From positions 108,989 through 172,988 of the forward strand of contig CAWCIA010000004.1 of assembly GCA_963795525.1 (NCBI GenBank): a stretch of DNA of 64,000 nucleotides. The letters run 5' to 3'. Below, one piece after another: positions 39,072 through 49,239 of the stretch. Source of the DNA: an uncultured Solirubrobacterales bacterium. Lineage in GTDB: Bacteria; Actinomycetota; Thermoleophilia; Solirubrobacterales; Solirubrobacteraceae. Position 1 is the stretch's first letter. Every line of letters starts with the position of its first letter. A program made the position numbers and the translations under genes. The notes below the pieces were generated by a model that was given only the letters and a program-made list of their open reading frames with translations, was not told the origin of the DNA and made no database searches.

Positions 39072-39512
39072 TTAGGCCGTCCCGGCCGCCCGCGCGAGCA
39101 GGACCACGTTGACGAGCGCCGCCAGGGCCATCACGCCGATCTCGCGCTGCACGATGCTGAGAATGACGACGCGCTGCTCGTCGGGGGGGAGGCGACCGAC
39201 CTCCTCGGCCGAGGCGTGTCCACGCGCATCGAGGATCATCTGCGCCGAGGCCACCCGAAGCTGCTCGGCGATGAGCGAGACGAGGAGGGGCAGGACGCCG
39301 TAGAGGATGTGGAGGCTCGGCGGCTTGTGGCCGAGGATCACGAGCAATCCGCCGAGCAACGCCTCGAGGATCACCGCTCCCTGACTGGCGCGCAGGAGCC
39401 GCCAGAACAACGTGCTCCGTCGCACGCGCCAGTAGCACCAGCCGCCAAGCAGAGCGGCCGCGCCGGTCAGGGAGATGGCGAGGATGCCGAGCGCGATGTG
39501 GACGGCCTTCAC
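39072..39512 (-). CDS. Hypothetical integral membrane protein (about 4 TM)
   Basis: GTG start at 39512 (VKAVHIALGILAISLTGAAALLGGW...), 146 aa, hydrophobic helices. No motif recognised. Confidence 0.5.
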   Translation of the reverse strand: MKAVHIALGILAISLTGAAALLGGWCYWRVRRSTLFWRLLRASQGAVILEALLGGLLVILGHKPPSLHILYGVLPLLVSLIAEQLRVASAQMILDARGHASAEEVGRLPPDEQRVVILSIVQREIGVMALAALVNVVLLARAAGTA

Positions 39513-39636
39513 GGAACGCGGTCTCCGCGGATACGAACCGTGCGCGCCTGGGTATCGAAGCAGGGAGCCATCCCCGGGCGGCCCGGCATTCTGGTCGCCT
39601 CCCCCGAGGCGCCCGGCAAGACGCATTTCGCACTAA

Positions 39637-39651
39637 GTAACACTTTGTTAC
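39637..39651. promoter_or_regulatory. Perfect palindrome GTAACA-CTT-TGTTAC upstream of nuoA, with a nearby extended -10-like TGATATAAC
   Basis: AT-rich patch 39625-39680 in an otherwise GC-rich genome. The TGnTATAAC-like element at 39669-39677 ends 8 nt before the nuoA GTG. Confidence 0.3.
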
Positions 39652-39685
39652 AAGCTATCCCGTCTCGGTGATATAACGGTCTGCC

Positions 39686-40042
39686 GTGATCCGAAGCTAC
39701 CTGCCTGCCATCGTGTTCCTCGTCCTTGGCGGGGCGGTCGGCACCCTCTTCGGCGCCCTCAACCTCGTCACCGGGCACCGCCAGCCGAACAAGGCCAAGT
39801 CCGATCCGTACGAGTGCGGTCTTCCCTCCGAGGTCCAGCGCGGCTTTCGCTTCGGGATCAGCTTCTACCTGATCGCGATGCTCTTCATCCTGTTCGACAT
39901 CGAGGTCATCTTCCTCTACCCGATCGCGGTGCAGCTCCGGGCCTTCGGGACCTTCGCCATGAGTGAGACGGTCGTGTTCGTCGTGCTCCTCATGATCGCC
40001 TTCGTCTACGTGTGGCGCCGAGGAGCACTGGAATGGAGATAA
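39686..40042 (+). CDS. nuoA: NADH-quinone oxidoreductase subunit A
   Basis: 118 aa, 3 TM, DPYECG motif. First gene of the operon. Confidence 0.93.
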   Translation: MIRSYLPAIVFLVLGGAVGTLFGALNLVTGHRQPNKAKSDPYECGLPSEVQRGFRFGISFYLIAMLFILFDIEVIFLYPIAVQLRAFGTFAMSETVVFVVLLMIAFVYVWRRGALEWR

Positions 40043-40692
40043 AGCGCGAGCCCCTCAGCGACTTCCGGGTCCAGCAGCTGCGTTCGCGTGACATGTTGCG
40101 CGGCGATCTCGAGGGCGTCGACCTCGAGCGCTACGTCGAGGAGCGGGTGCTCACCACGACGGTCGAGAAGGCGGTCGGCTGGGCCCAGGGAAACTCGCTC
40201 TACCCGCTGACCTTCGGACTCGCCTGCTGCGCCATCGAGATGATGGCCATCGTGGCTTCGCGCATGGACGTCGCGCGCTTCGGTTTCGAGGCGCTGCGTG
40301 CCTCCCCCCGTCAGGCCGACCTGATCATCCTGTCGGGCCGCGTCTCGATCAAGATGGCCCCGGTCATCCGCCGCCTGTGGGACCAGATGCTCGAGCCCAA
40401 GTGGGCGATCTCGATGGGCGCGTGCTGCTCCTCCACCGGCGTGTTCAACAACTACGCGCTCGTGCCGGCGGACAAGTTCATGCCGATCGATGTCCACGTG
40501 CCGGGCTGCCCGCCCCGACCGGAGTCCCTCATGCACGGGATCCTCCGGCTGCGCGACAAGATCCAGGGGCATCCGGTGGAGAATTGGCGCGACCGCTACG
40601 AGGCACGCGGGACCGAGGAGATCATCCCCTACAACCCGTCCGATCCAGGCGGGGTCAATCTCTTCGCTCCCGGAGACACCTCCGGTGCCTGA
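40033..40692 (+). CDS. nuoB: NADH-quinone oxidoreductase subunit B
   Basis: Start at ATG 40033 after [31 protein letters not shown] (N2 cluster ligands). Confidence 0.95.
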   Translation: MEIKREPLSDFRVQQLRSRDMLRGDLEGVDLERYVEERVLTTTVEKAVGWAQGNSLYPLTFGLACCAIEMMAIVASRMDVARFGFEALRASPRQADLIILSGRVSIKMAPVIRRLWDQMLEPKWAISMGACCSSTGVFNNYALVPADKFMPIDVHVPGCPPRPESLMHGILRLRDKIQGHPVENWRDRYEARGTEEIIPYNPSDPGGVNLFAPGDTSGA

Positions 40693-41194
40693 CGCGACCG
40701 AGCTCGAGCTGACCGCCCAGGAGCTGCGCGACGCCGACGACTCGTCGGTTCGCGACACCGAGTTCCACCGCGGCCGTGCCGTCATCGTCATCGATCCCGC
40801 CCGCGTGCGCGCGGTCCTCGCCCACCTCCAGGGCAAGGGCTACCGGTTCCTGGCCAGCCTCCACGGCGTCGACTACTACCCCGACGAGCCGCGGCTCGGG
40901 GTCCTCTACGAGCTCCTCGACATGAAGCGCGTCGAGCGCATCGCGATCAAGGCGCGGGTCAGCACCGAGGATCCGCGCATCGACTCGGTCGTTGAGATGT
41001 TCCCGACGGCCAACCACCAGGAGCGCGAGGTCTTCGACATGTTCGGCGTCGTCTTCGAGGGACACCCCGATTTGCGGCGGATCCTCATGCCCGAGGACTA
41101 CGAGGGCTATCCCCAGCGACGCGACTTTCCCATGGGCGGAGAGCCGGTGCTCTTCACCTACAACGAGTCTCAGAACTACGGCCAGTGGCTATGA
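40685..41194 (+). CDS. nuoC: NADH-quinone oxidoreductase subunit C
   Basis: GTG 40685 overlaps the nuoB end. [25 protein letters not shown] motif. Confidence 0.9.
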   Translation: MPDATELELTAQELRDADDSSVRDTEFHRGRAVIVIDPARVRAVLAHLQGKGYRFLASLHGVDYYPDEPRLGVLYELLDMKRVERIAIKARVSTEDPRIDSVVEMFPTANHQEREVFDMFGVVFEGHPDLRRILMPEDYEGYPQRRDFPMGGEPVLFTYNESQNYGQWL

Positions 41195-42423
41195 GTACGA
41201 CCGACTACCGCAAACGGGAAGAGTCGATCACGATCTCGAGCGAGGCCGCGGGCGAGAGCCACGAGCTGCTCACGCTCAACATCGGGCCGCACCACCCGGC
41301 CACCCACGGCGTCCTGCGGCTGCTCGCCACGCTCGAGGGCGAGATCGTCCGCGACATCAAGCCGATCATCGGCTACGTCCACACCGGCATCGAGAAGACG
41401 GCCGAGGACAAGGCCTACTGGAAGGTCATCCCGGTCATCGAGCGGATGGACTACCTGGCCTACTACTTCAACGCCATGGCCTACTGCGGCGCCGTCGAGA
41501 CGCTGCTCGGCGTCGAGGTTCCCGAGCGCGCGCAGTATCTGCGGATCATCCATCTCGAGCTCAACCGGATCAACTCCCACCTCCTGTGGCTCGGCACGAG
41601 CGCGCTCGATCTCGGCGCGATCTCCATGTTCTGGTACTGCTTCCGCGAACGTGAGACCATCCTCGACCTGTTCGAGATGTCCTCGGGCCAGCGCTTCCAC
41701 ACCCGCTACATCCAGGTCGGCGGCGTCATGGACGACATCCCGCGTGGCTTCGCCGAGAAGCTGCGCAAGTTCATCAAGGAGATGCCGGCCCGGGCCGACC
41801 AGTACGCCGACCTGCTCGAGAAGAACCAGATCGTGCTCCAGCGCCTGCGCGGAACCGCGGTTGTCTCCGAGGAGCGGCTGCTCGAACTGGGCGTGACCGG
41901 CCCGCTGCTCCGGGCCTCGGGCAATCCGTGGGATCTGCGCAAGGCGGCGCCGTACTCGAGCTACGAGAAGTTCGACTTCAAGATCCCCGTCGGCACGGTG
42001 GGGGACAACTACGACCGCTACCGCGTCCGGCACGCCGAGATCTACGAGTCGGTCAAGATCATCGAGCAGGCGCTCGACGGCCTTCCCGAGGGCCCGTTCA
42101 TCACCACCGACCGCAAGGTCGCACTGCCTCCGCGTCACGAGCTGGCCACCTCGATGGAGGCGCTCATCCACCACTTCAAGCTCGTCACCGAGGGCTTCCG
42201 CGTCCCCGTCGGCGAGTGCTACTACCCGATCGAGGGCCCGCGCGGCGAGTATGGCTGCTTCGTCCGCTCGGACGGCTCCTCCAAGCCCGCGCGCGTCCAC
42301 ATGCGCGACCCGAGCTTCGTGAACATGCAGGCGCTGCCCGACATGGTGCGCGACTCCTACATCGCTGATCTCATCGCCACGCTCGCGATGCTCGACCCGA
42401 TCCTCGGGGGCATCGACCGGTGA
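41185..42423 (+). CDS. nuoD: NADH-quinone oxidoreductase subunit D
   Basis: 412 aa. NIGPHHPATHGVLRL, RMDYLA, PRGEYG. Confidence 0.96.
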   Translation: MAMSTTDYRKREESITISSEAAGESHELLTLNIGPHHPATHGVLRLLATLEGEIVRDIKPIIGYVHTGIEKTAEDKAYWKVIPVIERMDYLAYYFNAMAYCGAVETLLGVEVPERAQYLRIIHLELNRINSHLLWLGTSALDLGAISMFWYCFRERETILDLFEMSSGQRFHTRYIQVGGVMDDIPRGFAEKLRKFIKEMPARADQYADLLEKNQIVLQRLRGTAVVSEERLLELGVTGPLLRASGNPWDLRKAAPYSSYEKFDFKIPVGTVGDNYDRYRVRHAEIYESVKIIEQALDGLPEGPFITTDRKVALPPRHELATSMEALIHHFKLVTEGFRVPVGECYYPIEGPRGEYGCFVRSDGSSKPARVHMRDPSFVNMQALPDMVRDSYIADLIATLAMLDPILGGIDR

Positions 42424-43169
42424 CCTACAGCGTTCCGCGCTTCGGCCATGGCTCCCGCGTGCCCGGATGGGACGAGGCCGTCGACCTGACCAAGGACCCG
42501 GCGGTCATCCCCGATCCGAGCACGCCCGTGCCCGAGGAGCTGCGCGAGCAGATCGTGCGCTCGATGGCCAAGTACCCCGACCGCCGCTCGGCCACGATCC
42601 CGGCGCTGCACGCCGCGCAGGACCTGCACGGCTGGTGCTCGCCCGAAGCCGTCGAGCAGGTGGCGGCGGTCATGCAGGTGACCCCGGCCTATCTCATCTC
42701 GGTGGCCACCTTCTACGACATGTTCAAGACGGTGCCCGCCCCGCGCAACGACATCTATGTGTGCACAAACATCTCGTGCTCGCTGCGGGGCGCGGACGAG
42801 TTCTTCGCCGCCATGCAGGACGCCGCCACCGACGAGGTCACCGTGCGCTCGTTCGAGTGCCTGGGCGCATGCGACATCGCGCCGATGGCCTCGGTCAACG
42901 GTGAGTACATCGGCCCGCTCGACCTCGAGGACGCGCCGCGCATCGTCGAGGACCTGCTCGCCGGCCGCCCCGTACTCGAGCACAAGCAGCTGCGCTACCG
43001 CCGCTGCGCCGATCCCGACGTGGCGCAGGGCGCCGCCGATTTCGGCCCGCCGTCCCCGGACACGCCCCGTGCCGACACCGCCGGACTCGGTCCCGAGGGC
43101 GACGTGGTGGACCGGCCCGGCCCCACGGCGGCGATCGAGGTTCCGCGTGAGGAGGCCGAGGAACCGTGA
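42420..43169 (+). CDS. nuoE: NADH-quinone oxidoreductase subunit E (with an acidic/Pro-rich C-terminal extension)
   Basis: CTNISCSLRG...CLGACDIAP 2Fe-2S ligands. An extra roughly 60-aa disordered tail. Confidence 0.93.
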   Translation: MTYSVPRFGHGSRVPGWDEAVDLTKDPAVIPDPSTPVPEELREQIVRSMAKYPDRRSATIPALHAAQDLHGWCSPEAVEQVAAVMQVTPAYLISVATFYDMFKTVPAPRNDIYVCTNISCSLRGADEFFAAMQDAATDEVTVRSFECLGACDIAPMASVNGEYIGPLDLEDAPRIVEDLLAGRPVLEHKQLRYRRCADPDVAQGAADFGPPSPDTPRADTAGLGPEGDVVDRPGPTAAIEVPREEAEEP

Positions 43170-44488
43170 AGCTGCTCTTCGAGGGCATCGACGAGCCCGG
43201 TCTGGCCACGCTCTCGGTCTACGAGCGCCGCGGCGGCTATGAGGCCCTGCGCAAGGCGCTCGCCCTGGAGCCCGACGCCGTCCTCTCGGAGATCAGCGAC
43301 TCGGGCATCCGGGGTCGCGGCGGCGCCGGCTTCCGCATGGGCCAGAAGGCGTCCTTCCTGCCGCACGGCGACATGGAGAAGTACCTCGTCTGCAACGCGG
43401 ACGAGTCCGAGCCGGGGACGTTCAAGGACCGCGAGCTCATGCAGAAGAGCCCCCACATGCTCATCGAGGGCATCATCATCTCGTCCTGGGCGACCGGCAT
43501 CCACCGCGCCTTCATCTACATCCGCGGCGAGTACGCCCACCAAGCCGACATCCTCGAGGCGGCCATCGCCGAGGCCGAGGCCGCCGGCTACGTGGGCGAC
43601 GCGATCCTCGGTTCCGAGCACCACCTCAAGCTCGTCCTGCACCGCGGCGCCGGCGCCTACATCTGCGGCGAGGAGACCGGCCTGCTCGACTCCCTCGAGG
43701 GCAAGCGCGGCAACCCGCGCCTGAAGCCCCCGTTCCCGGCCATCGAGGGCCTCTACCACGGCCCGACCCTGATCAACAACGTCGAGACGCTGGCCACCGT
43801 GCCGCACATCCTTCGCCTGGGCGGCAAGGAGTACGCCTCGCTCGGCACCGAGACCTCCACGGGAACGAAGCTCGTCTCGGTCTCGGGCGACGTCCAGCGT
43901 CCGGGCAACTACGAGGTCGAGCTCGGGATCCCCTCGCGCGAGATCATCTACGACCTGGCCGGCGGCCCGCTGCCCGGACGCGAGATCAAGTTCTGGTTCC
44001 CCGGCGGGTCGAGCTCACCCGTGCTGACGGCGAACGACCTCGACCTCCCCTACGACTTCGACACGATGGCCAAGGCCGGAACGATGCTCGGCTCGGGCGC
44101 GATCATCGTCGTCGACGACTCGCACACGGTGCTCGAAGTCGCCCTGAAGGTGGCGAAGTTCTACGCCCACGAGTCCTGCGGAAAGTGCGTTCCCTGCCGC
44201 GAGGGCACAAACTGGACGGTGAAGATGCTCGAGCGGATCGGCTCAGGCGAGGCCACGCCGATGGACCTCGACATCATGGCCTCCGTGCAGGAGCAGATCA
44301 TCGGCAACTGCCTATGCGTGCTCGGCGACGCCATGGCGATGCCGATCGGCTCGCTCGTGGCCAAGTTCCGCGAGGAGCTCGAGGCCGAGATCGAAGCGGC
44401 ACGGATCCGCTCCTCCGCCGGGGAGCTCGAGGACGTGATCCCCCTCGGTGTCTCGGACGAGCACGCGGGGCCGATCCCGGTCCACTGA
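43166..44488 (+). CDS. nuoF: NADH-quinone oxidoreductase subunit F
   Basis: GRGGAGF FMN/NADH motif and ESCGKCVPCREG N3 cluster. Confidence 0.96.
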   Translation: MKLLFEGIDEPGLATLSVYERRGGYEALRKALALEPDAVLSEISDSGIRGRGGAGFRMGQKASFLPHGDMEKYLVCNADESEPGTFKDRELMQKSPHMLIEGIIISSWATGIHRAFIYIRGEYAHQADILEAAIAEAEAAGYVGDAILGSEHHLKLVLHRGAGAYICGEETGLLDSLEGKRGNPRLKPPFPAIEGLYHGPTLINNVETLATVPHILRLGGKEYASLGTETSTGTKLVSVSGDVQRPGNYEVELGIPSREIIYDLAGGPLPGREIKFWFPGGSSSPVLTANDLDLPYDFDTMAKAGTMLGSGAIIVVDDSHTVLEVALKVAKFYAHESCGKCVPCREGTNWTVKMLERIGSGEATPMDLDIMASVQEQIIGNCLCVLGDAMAMPIGSLVAKFREELEAEIEAARIRSSAGELEDVIPLGVSDEHAGPIPVH

Positions 44489-44499
44489 CCAACCAGCCG

Positions 44500-46950
44500 A
44501 TGCCCCGACCTGATCAAAAGACGATCCAGCTGACGATCGACGGCCGCGAAGTGGAGGCTGTCGAGGGCACGATGCTCGTCGACGCGGCCAAGCACGGCGA
44601 CGTCGAGATCCCCTACTTCTGCTACGAGCCGAAGCTCGGCAACCCGGTGGGCGCGTGCCGCATGTGCCTGGTCGAGATCGAGGGCATCCCCAAGCTTCAG
44701 ACCTCGTGCTCGACCCCGGTCAAGGACGGCATGGTCGTCCACACCCACTCCGAGCGCGTGCGTCACGCGCAGAACGCGGTCGTCGAGTTCCTTCTCGTCA
44801 ACCACCCGCTCGACTGCCCGGTGTGCGACAAGGGCGGCGAGTGCCCGCTCCAGGACATCACCTTCGGCTGGGGCCTCGGCCGCTCGCGCTTCATCGAGCC
44901 CAAGCGTCACTTCCAGAAGCCACTCGCCCTCTCCCCGCTCATCGCCATCGACCGCGAGCGGTGCATCCTCTGCTACCGCTGCGTGCGCTTCTCGCAGGAG
45001 ATCGCCGAGGACTATCAGCTCGTGTTCGCCGAGCGCGGCGCCCACTCGTTCGTGTCCACCTACGACGGCCATCCGTACGTGGCGCCGTTCAGCGGCAACA
45101 TCATCGAGCTCTGTCCGGTGGGCGCGCTCACCTCGCAGCCCTACCGCTTCCGCGCGCGCCCGTGGGACATCGAGGGCGCGGGCGGCATCTGCACGCTCTG
45201 CCCCTCGCAGTGCAACGTCCAGTTCACGGTGCGCGACGAGCGCGTACTGCGCGTGCTCGCCCGCGACCACGACGAGGTCGACGACGGCTGGCTGTGCGAC
45301 AAGGGGCGCTTCGCGTACCAGGCCATCCACGTCGACGAGCGCATCACCCGGCCACTCGTCCGCGACGGAGGGAACCTGCGCGAGGTCTCCTGGGAGCGCG
45401 CGCTCGAGGTGGCAGGCGGACTGGCCCGGCACAAGGGTCATGTCGGCGCGCTTGTAGGCGGTCAGGCCACCAACGAGGAGGGCTTCCTCCTCCAGCGCAT
45501 GTTCCGCGATGCGCTGCAGTCCGGCGACATCGACTCGCGGGGCTGCGGCCCGGTGCCGCTCGAGCTCGCCCGCGCCCTGGCCGGCCCGGCGCTGCAGGCG
45601 AGCGTTTCGGACCTGGAGTTCGCGCACACCGTGCTTGTGGTCGGGTGCGAGCCGCTTGACGACGCGCCGATCCTCGACCTGCGCATCCGCAAGGGCGTCC
45701 GCCGCCGCGGCGTTCAGCTCGTCGTGGCCAGCGCGCGGCCGAGCGCGCTCGATCCGAACGCCAAGCAGGTCGTGCGCTTCGCCCCGGGCGGCGAGGCGGC
45801 CTTCCTGGCTGAGCTCGACGCGGCGCTCGCGGGCGCCGGTCCCGGCTCGTCGGCGCCGAGCGACGGGGTGCGCGAACTGGCCGGGCTGCTGCGCGAGGGC
45901 GGCGAGGACGTCGTCATCGTCTGGGGCGAGCGCCTCGGCGCCGACGCGCTGCCCTCTCTGCTCGGCATCGCCTCCCGGCTCGATCTGGCCAAGCGCGATG
46001 GCGCCGGCCTGCTCGAGCTGCCGAGCGGCGCCAACGGCCGCGGCCTGCGCGAGGCGGGCGTTGCGCCGAACGCCGGCCCGGGCTACCGCGAGCCGTCGAT
46101 CGCCGGACGGGGCGCAACCGAGATCGCGGCCGCCGCCGCGAGCGGCGAGATCACTGCCCTCTACCTGCTCCAGACCGACCCGATGCGCGACCAGCCCGAC
46201 CGGGCCATGTGGGAGCGCGCCCTTCATCACGCTTCGCTCGTCGTCGCTCATGCCTCGGTTCTGACCGATGGTCTGCGCGAGCACGCCTCGGTCGTCTTCC
46301 CGGTCGAGTCCTACGCCGAGAAGGAGGGCACGGTCGTCCACCCCGACGGCCGCCTCCAGCGTCTGCGCACGGCGATCAAGCGCCCCGGCGAGGTGCGCGC
46401 CGGCTGGCAGGTCATCGCTGAGATCGCCCGCCGTGTGGGCGAGGACGCGCGCGTCCTGACCGCGGCCATCGCCTTCCGTCAGCTCGTCACCGAGGTGCCG
46501 TTCTACGCCGGGCTCACGCTCGAGGAGGTCGGCGGCCGGGGCGTCCGTTGGCCGGTCCGGGACGCTGCCTCGAACCTCCCGGCCGCGCCCGAGCACGGGT
46601 CGGCCGAGCGCGCGCCGGCGACGCCTCAGGGCGCGGCGGCGACACCGAGCAACGGAGCGCTGCGCCTGGGCACCTACCGCCCCATCTGGGCCGCCCCCGA
46701 GGTCGAGATCTCTCCGGCGCTCAAGTTCGCCATCGCCCGCCAGCAGCTCGAGATTTCCCCCGAGGACGCCGCCCGGCTCGGAATCGCGCCCGGGGACCCG
46801 GTCGAGGTCGGGCAGAATGGAGCACGACTTCACGCGAGCGCGCACGTGCGCGCGGGCGTGCGCGAGGGGACGGCCTTCCTCGCCGAGGCCCTCGCCTCCG
46901 ACTCCGCCAACGAGCTGACCGAGCCCCTGGTGGAGGTACGTAAGGCATGA
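44500..46950 (+). CDS. nuoG: NADH-quinone oxidoreductase subunit G
   Basis: Start at MPRPDQKTIQLTIDG. CYEPKLGNPVGACRMCLVE, HPLDCPVCDKGGEC, CILCYRCVRF. 816 aa. Confidence 0.95.
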   Translation: MPRPDQKTIQLTIDGREVEAVEGTMLVDAAKHGDVEIPYFCYEPKLGNPVGACRMCLVEIEGIPKLQTSCSTPVKDGMVVHTHSERVRHAQNAVVEFLLVNHPLDCPVCDKGGECPLQDITFGWGLGRSRFIEPKRHFQKPLALSPLIAIDRERCILCYRCVRFSQEIAEDYQLVFAERGAHSFVSTYDGHPYVAPFSGNIIELCPVGALTSQPYRFRARPWDIEGAGGICTLCPSQCNVQFTVRDERVLRVLARDHDEVDDGWLCDKGRFAYQAIHVDERITRPLVRDGGNLREVSWERALEVAGGLARHKGHVGALVGGQATNEEGFLLQRMFRDALQSGDIDSRGCGPVPLELARALAGPALQASVSDLEFAHTVLVVGCEPLDDAPILDLRIRKGVRRRGVQLVVASARPSALDPNAKQVVRFAPGGEAAFLAELDAALAGAGPGSSAPSDGVRELAGLLREGGEDVVIVWGERLGADALPSLLGIASRLDLAKRDGAGLLELPSGANGRGLREAGVAPNAGPGYREPSIAGRGATEIAAAAASGEITALYLLQTDPMRDQPDRAMWERALHHASLVVAHASVLTDGLREHASVVFPVESYAEKEGTVVHPDGRLQRLRTAIKRPGEVRAGWQVIAEIARRVGEDARVLTAAIAFRQLVTEVPFYAGLTLEEVGGRGVRWPVRDAASNLPAAPEHGSAERAPATPQGAAATPSNGALRLGTYRPIWAAPEVEISPALKFAIARQQLEISPEDAARLGIAPGDPVEVGQNGARLHASAHVRAGVREGTAFLAEALASDSANELTEPLVEVRKA

Positions 46951-47972
46951 GTCTGCCGCTGGCCCAGGTGTTCTACGTCGAGCCCTGGTGGGTTCAGATC
47001 GTCAAGGCGCTCGTCATCTTCCTCGTCGCCTTCGCCGTCCTGCCCATCCTTGTCGTCTACGAGCGCAAGCTCCTCGGCCGCTTCCAGAACCGCTACGGCC
47101 CCAACCGGGTCGGGCCGTTCGGACTTCTGCAGCCGATGGCCGAGATCGTCAAGTTCGCCATGAAGGAGCCTTTCCGCACGCGCACCTCGGTGGGCTACCT
47201 CTTCCGTATCGCCCCGATGATCGCGATCCTCACGGCGATCACCGCACTGGCGCTCGTGCCCTTCGGCAACGTCCAGCACATCTTCGGCCAGCGGGTCGGC
47301 CTCTACGGCATCGACGTCTCGATCGGCCCCCTCTACGTGTTCGCGCTGGCCGGCATCTCGTTCTACGGGATCATGCTCGGCGGCTGGTCCTCGGGCTCGA
47401 AGTACTCGTTCCTCGGGGCCATGCGCGGCGCGGCCCAGCTCATCTCCTACGAGGTCTCGCAGGGCCTCTCGCTCGTCGGGGTGATCATCACCGCCCAGAC
47501 GCTCTCGCTCACCGGGATCGTCACGGCCCAGAAGGGCATGTGGTACTTCATCCCCCAGTTCGCCGGCTTCATCATCTTCACGGTGGCCTCGTTTGCCGAG
47601 ACCAACCGCGCCCCGTTCGACCTCGTCGAGGCGGATGCCGAGCTCGTCGGCGGCTACTTCACCGAGTACGGCGGCACGCCGTTCGTGGCCTACCTGTTCG
47701 CCGAGTACATGAACATGATCGTCGTCTCGGGCATCGCCGTGACGGTGTTCCTCGGAGGCTGGCTGCTCCCCTTCGGGATCCACCCCCCAGGCTGGGTCGA
47801 CCCGATCGTGGTGATCGTGAAGATGATGCTGTTCTTCAGCTTCTTCATCTGGGTGCGCGCCACGCTGCCCCGGCTGCGCTACGACCAGCTCATGTCGTTC
47901 GGGTGGAAGTTCCTCCTCCCGCTGGCCACCCTCAACCTGCTCGTCACCGCGATCATCGTCGGTTCGAACTGA
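46947..47972 (+). CDS. nuoH: NADH-quinone oxidoreductase subunit H
   Basis: 341 aa. ERKLLGRFQNRYGPNRVGPFGLLQP, ETNRAPFDL. Confidence 0.96.
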   Translation: MSLPLAQVFYVEPWWVQIVKALVIFLVAFAVLPILVVYERKLLGRFQNRYGPNRVGPFGLLQPMAEIVKFAMKEPFRTRTSVGYLFRIAPMIAILTAITALALVPFGNVQHIFGQRVGLYGIDVSIGPLYVFALAGISFYGIMLGGWSSGSKYSFLGAMRGAAQLISYEVSQGLSLVGVIITAQTLSLTGIVTAQKGMWYFIPQFAGFIIFTVASFAETNRAPFDLVEADAELVGGYFTEYGGTPFVAYLFAEYMNMIVVSGIAVTVFLGGWLLPFGIHPPGWVDPIVVIVKMMLFFSFFIWVRATLPRLRYDQLMSFGWKFLLPLATLNLLVTAIIVGSN

Positions 47973-47981
47973 GGCCTGTCC

Positions 47982-48521
47982 ATGACTCCTCCCTATGACC
48001 CCAGCGCAGACATCATCCAGGTGGTCCGCTCGCCGGCCGCGGGCCCGGTGGCCGGCGCCTACCGCGCCTTCGGGGAGACGCTGCGCGGCCTGAAAACGAC
48101 CTTCGCACGCGTCGTCGAGGGACCACACACGATCCAGTACCCGGAGGAGAAGACGCCGGTCTATCCCCGTTTCCGCGGGCGCCACCGGCTGCATCGCTTC
48201 GAGGACACAGGACTGGAGAAGTGCGTGGGCTGCTCGCTGTGCGCGGCCGCCTGCCCGGCCGACTGCATCCGGGTCGTCGCGGCGGAGAACACGCCCGAGA
48301 ACCGCGTCTCCGCCGGTGAGCGCTACGCCGCCGTGTACGAGATCAATATGAGCCGCTGCATCTTCTGTGGCTACTGCGAGATCGCCTGCCCGTTCGACGC
48401 CATCACCATGGGCCACGACTACGAGCTCTCCGACTACACGCGCTCGGACCTCATCTTCACCAAGGAGATGCTCCTGGCCGAGCCGGTCGAGCGCACGCCC
48501 CTGAGAGCAGAAGGCGAATGA
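47982..48521 (+). CDS. nuoI: NADH-quinone oxidoreductase subunit I
   Basis: Two 4Fe-4S motifs, [12 protein letters not shown] and [12 protein letters not shown]. Confidence 0.95.
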   Translation: MTPPYDPSADIIQVVRSPAAGPVAGAYRAFGETLRGLKTTFARVVEGPHTIQYPEEKTPVYPRFRGRHRLHRFEDTGLEKCVGCSLCAAACPADCIRVVAAENTPENRVSAGERYAAVYEINMSRCIFCGYCEIACPFDAITMGHDYELSDYTRSDLIFTKEMLLAEPVERTPLRAEGE

Positions 48522-48564
48522 GCGAGGCCGACATCAACTCCCCACGGCAGAGGCCGGCCTAGCC

Positions 48565-49239
48565 ATGTCGGCCGTCCTCTTCTTCATCGCCGCCATCGGC
48601 GCAATTTCCGGCGCCGTCGGTGTGGTGGCGATGCGCAACCCGTTCTACAGCGTGCTCATGCTCATCGTGCACCTGGTCTCGCTCGCCGCGCTCTTCCTCC
48701 TCCTGCGCTCCGAGTTCGTCGCCGCGGCCCAAGTCGTCGTCTATGCGGGCGCGGTCATGGTGCTCTACCTGTTCGTCGTCGCCTACGTCGGCGGTGGGGA
48801 GCAGCGTGCCAGCGGCCCGGTCCTGCGCGTGCTCGGCCCGCTCTTCGCGCTTGCCCTGGCCGTCGAGCTCTGCATCGCCATGCTCGGCTCGGCGCTCAAG
48901 GGCGTCTCGAGCAAGGGCGCCGGGTACGTGCTCGGCTTCGGCACCCCGATGCACATCGGCAAGCTGTTCCTGACGAGGTACCTCTTCCCCTTCGAGATCG
49001 CCTCGATCCTCCTCCTCGTGGCCGCCGTGGGCGCGATCGTCCTGGCCCGCCGGCGCCGCGGCCTCGAGGGCCCCGGCAGCGAGGAGGACATCTCGGTTCG
49101 AGTCCCGCGTCCGAGCTGGACGGGCACCATGGCGGAGTCGACGGGCATCCGCCTCGGTCCGGCGGACGAGCGCGACCCCGTCGTGGTCGCCTCGGGCACC
49201 CATGACGAGGCCGGCTCTCCCCGGGAGGGCGGCTGGTAA
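48565..49239 (+). CDS. nuoJ: NADH-quinone oxidoreductase subunit J (with C-terminal extension)
   Basis: 224 aa, 5 TM, VVYAGAVMVLYLFVV motif. The hydrophilic tail is about 60 aa. Confidence 0.9.
   Translation: MSAVLFFIAAIGAISGAVGVVAMRNPFYSVLMLIVHLVSLAALFLLLRSEFVAAAQVVVYAGAVMVLYLFVVAYVGGGEQRASGPVLRVLGPLFALALAVELCIAMLGSALKGVSSKGAGYVLGFGTPMHIGKLFLTRYLFPFEIASILLLVAAVGAIVLARRRRGLEGPGSEEDISVRVPRPSWTGTMAESTGIRLGPADERDPVVVASGTHDEAGSPREGGW

Noticed and set aside
39637-39651. Considered calling the GTAACA-N3-TGTTAC dyad upstream of nuoA a Rex (redox-sensing repressor) operator, since Rex controls nuo in some actinobacteria.
   Set aside because: Rex sites as I remember them are TTGTGAA/TTGTTAA - spacer - TTCACAA/TTAACAA. 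Here the half-sites are in the opposite relative order and the spacing differs, so the assignment is unsupported. I kept it only as an unnamed candidate operator.
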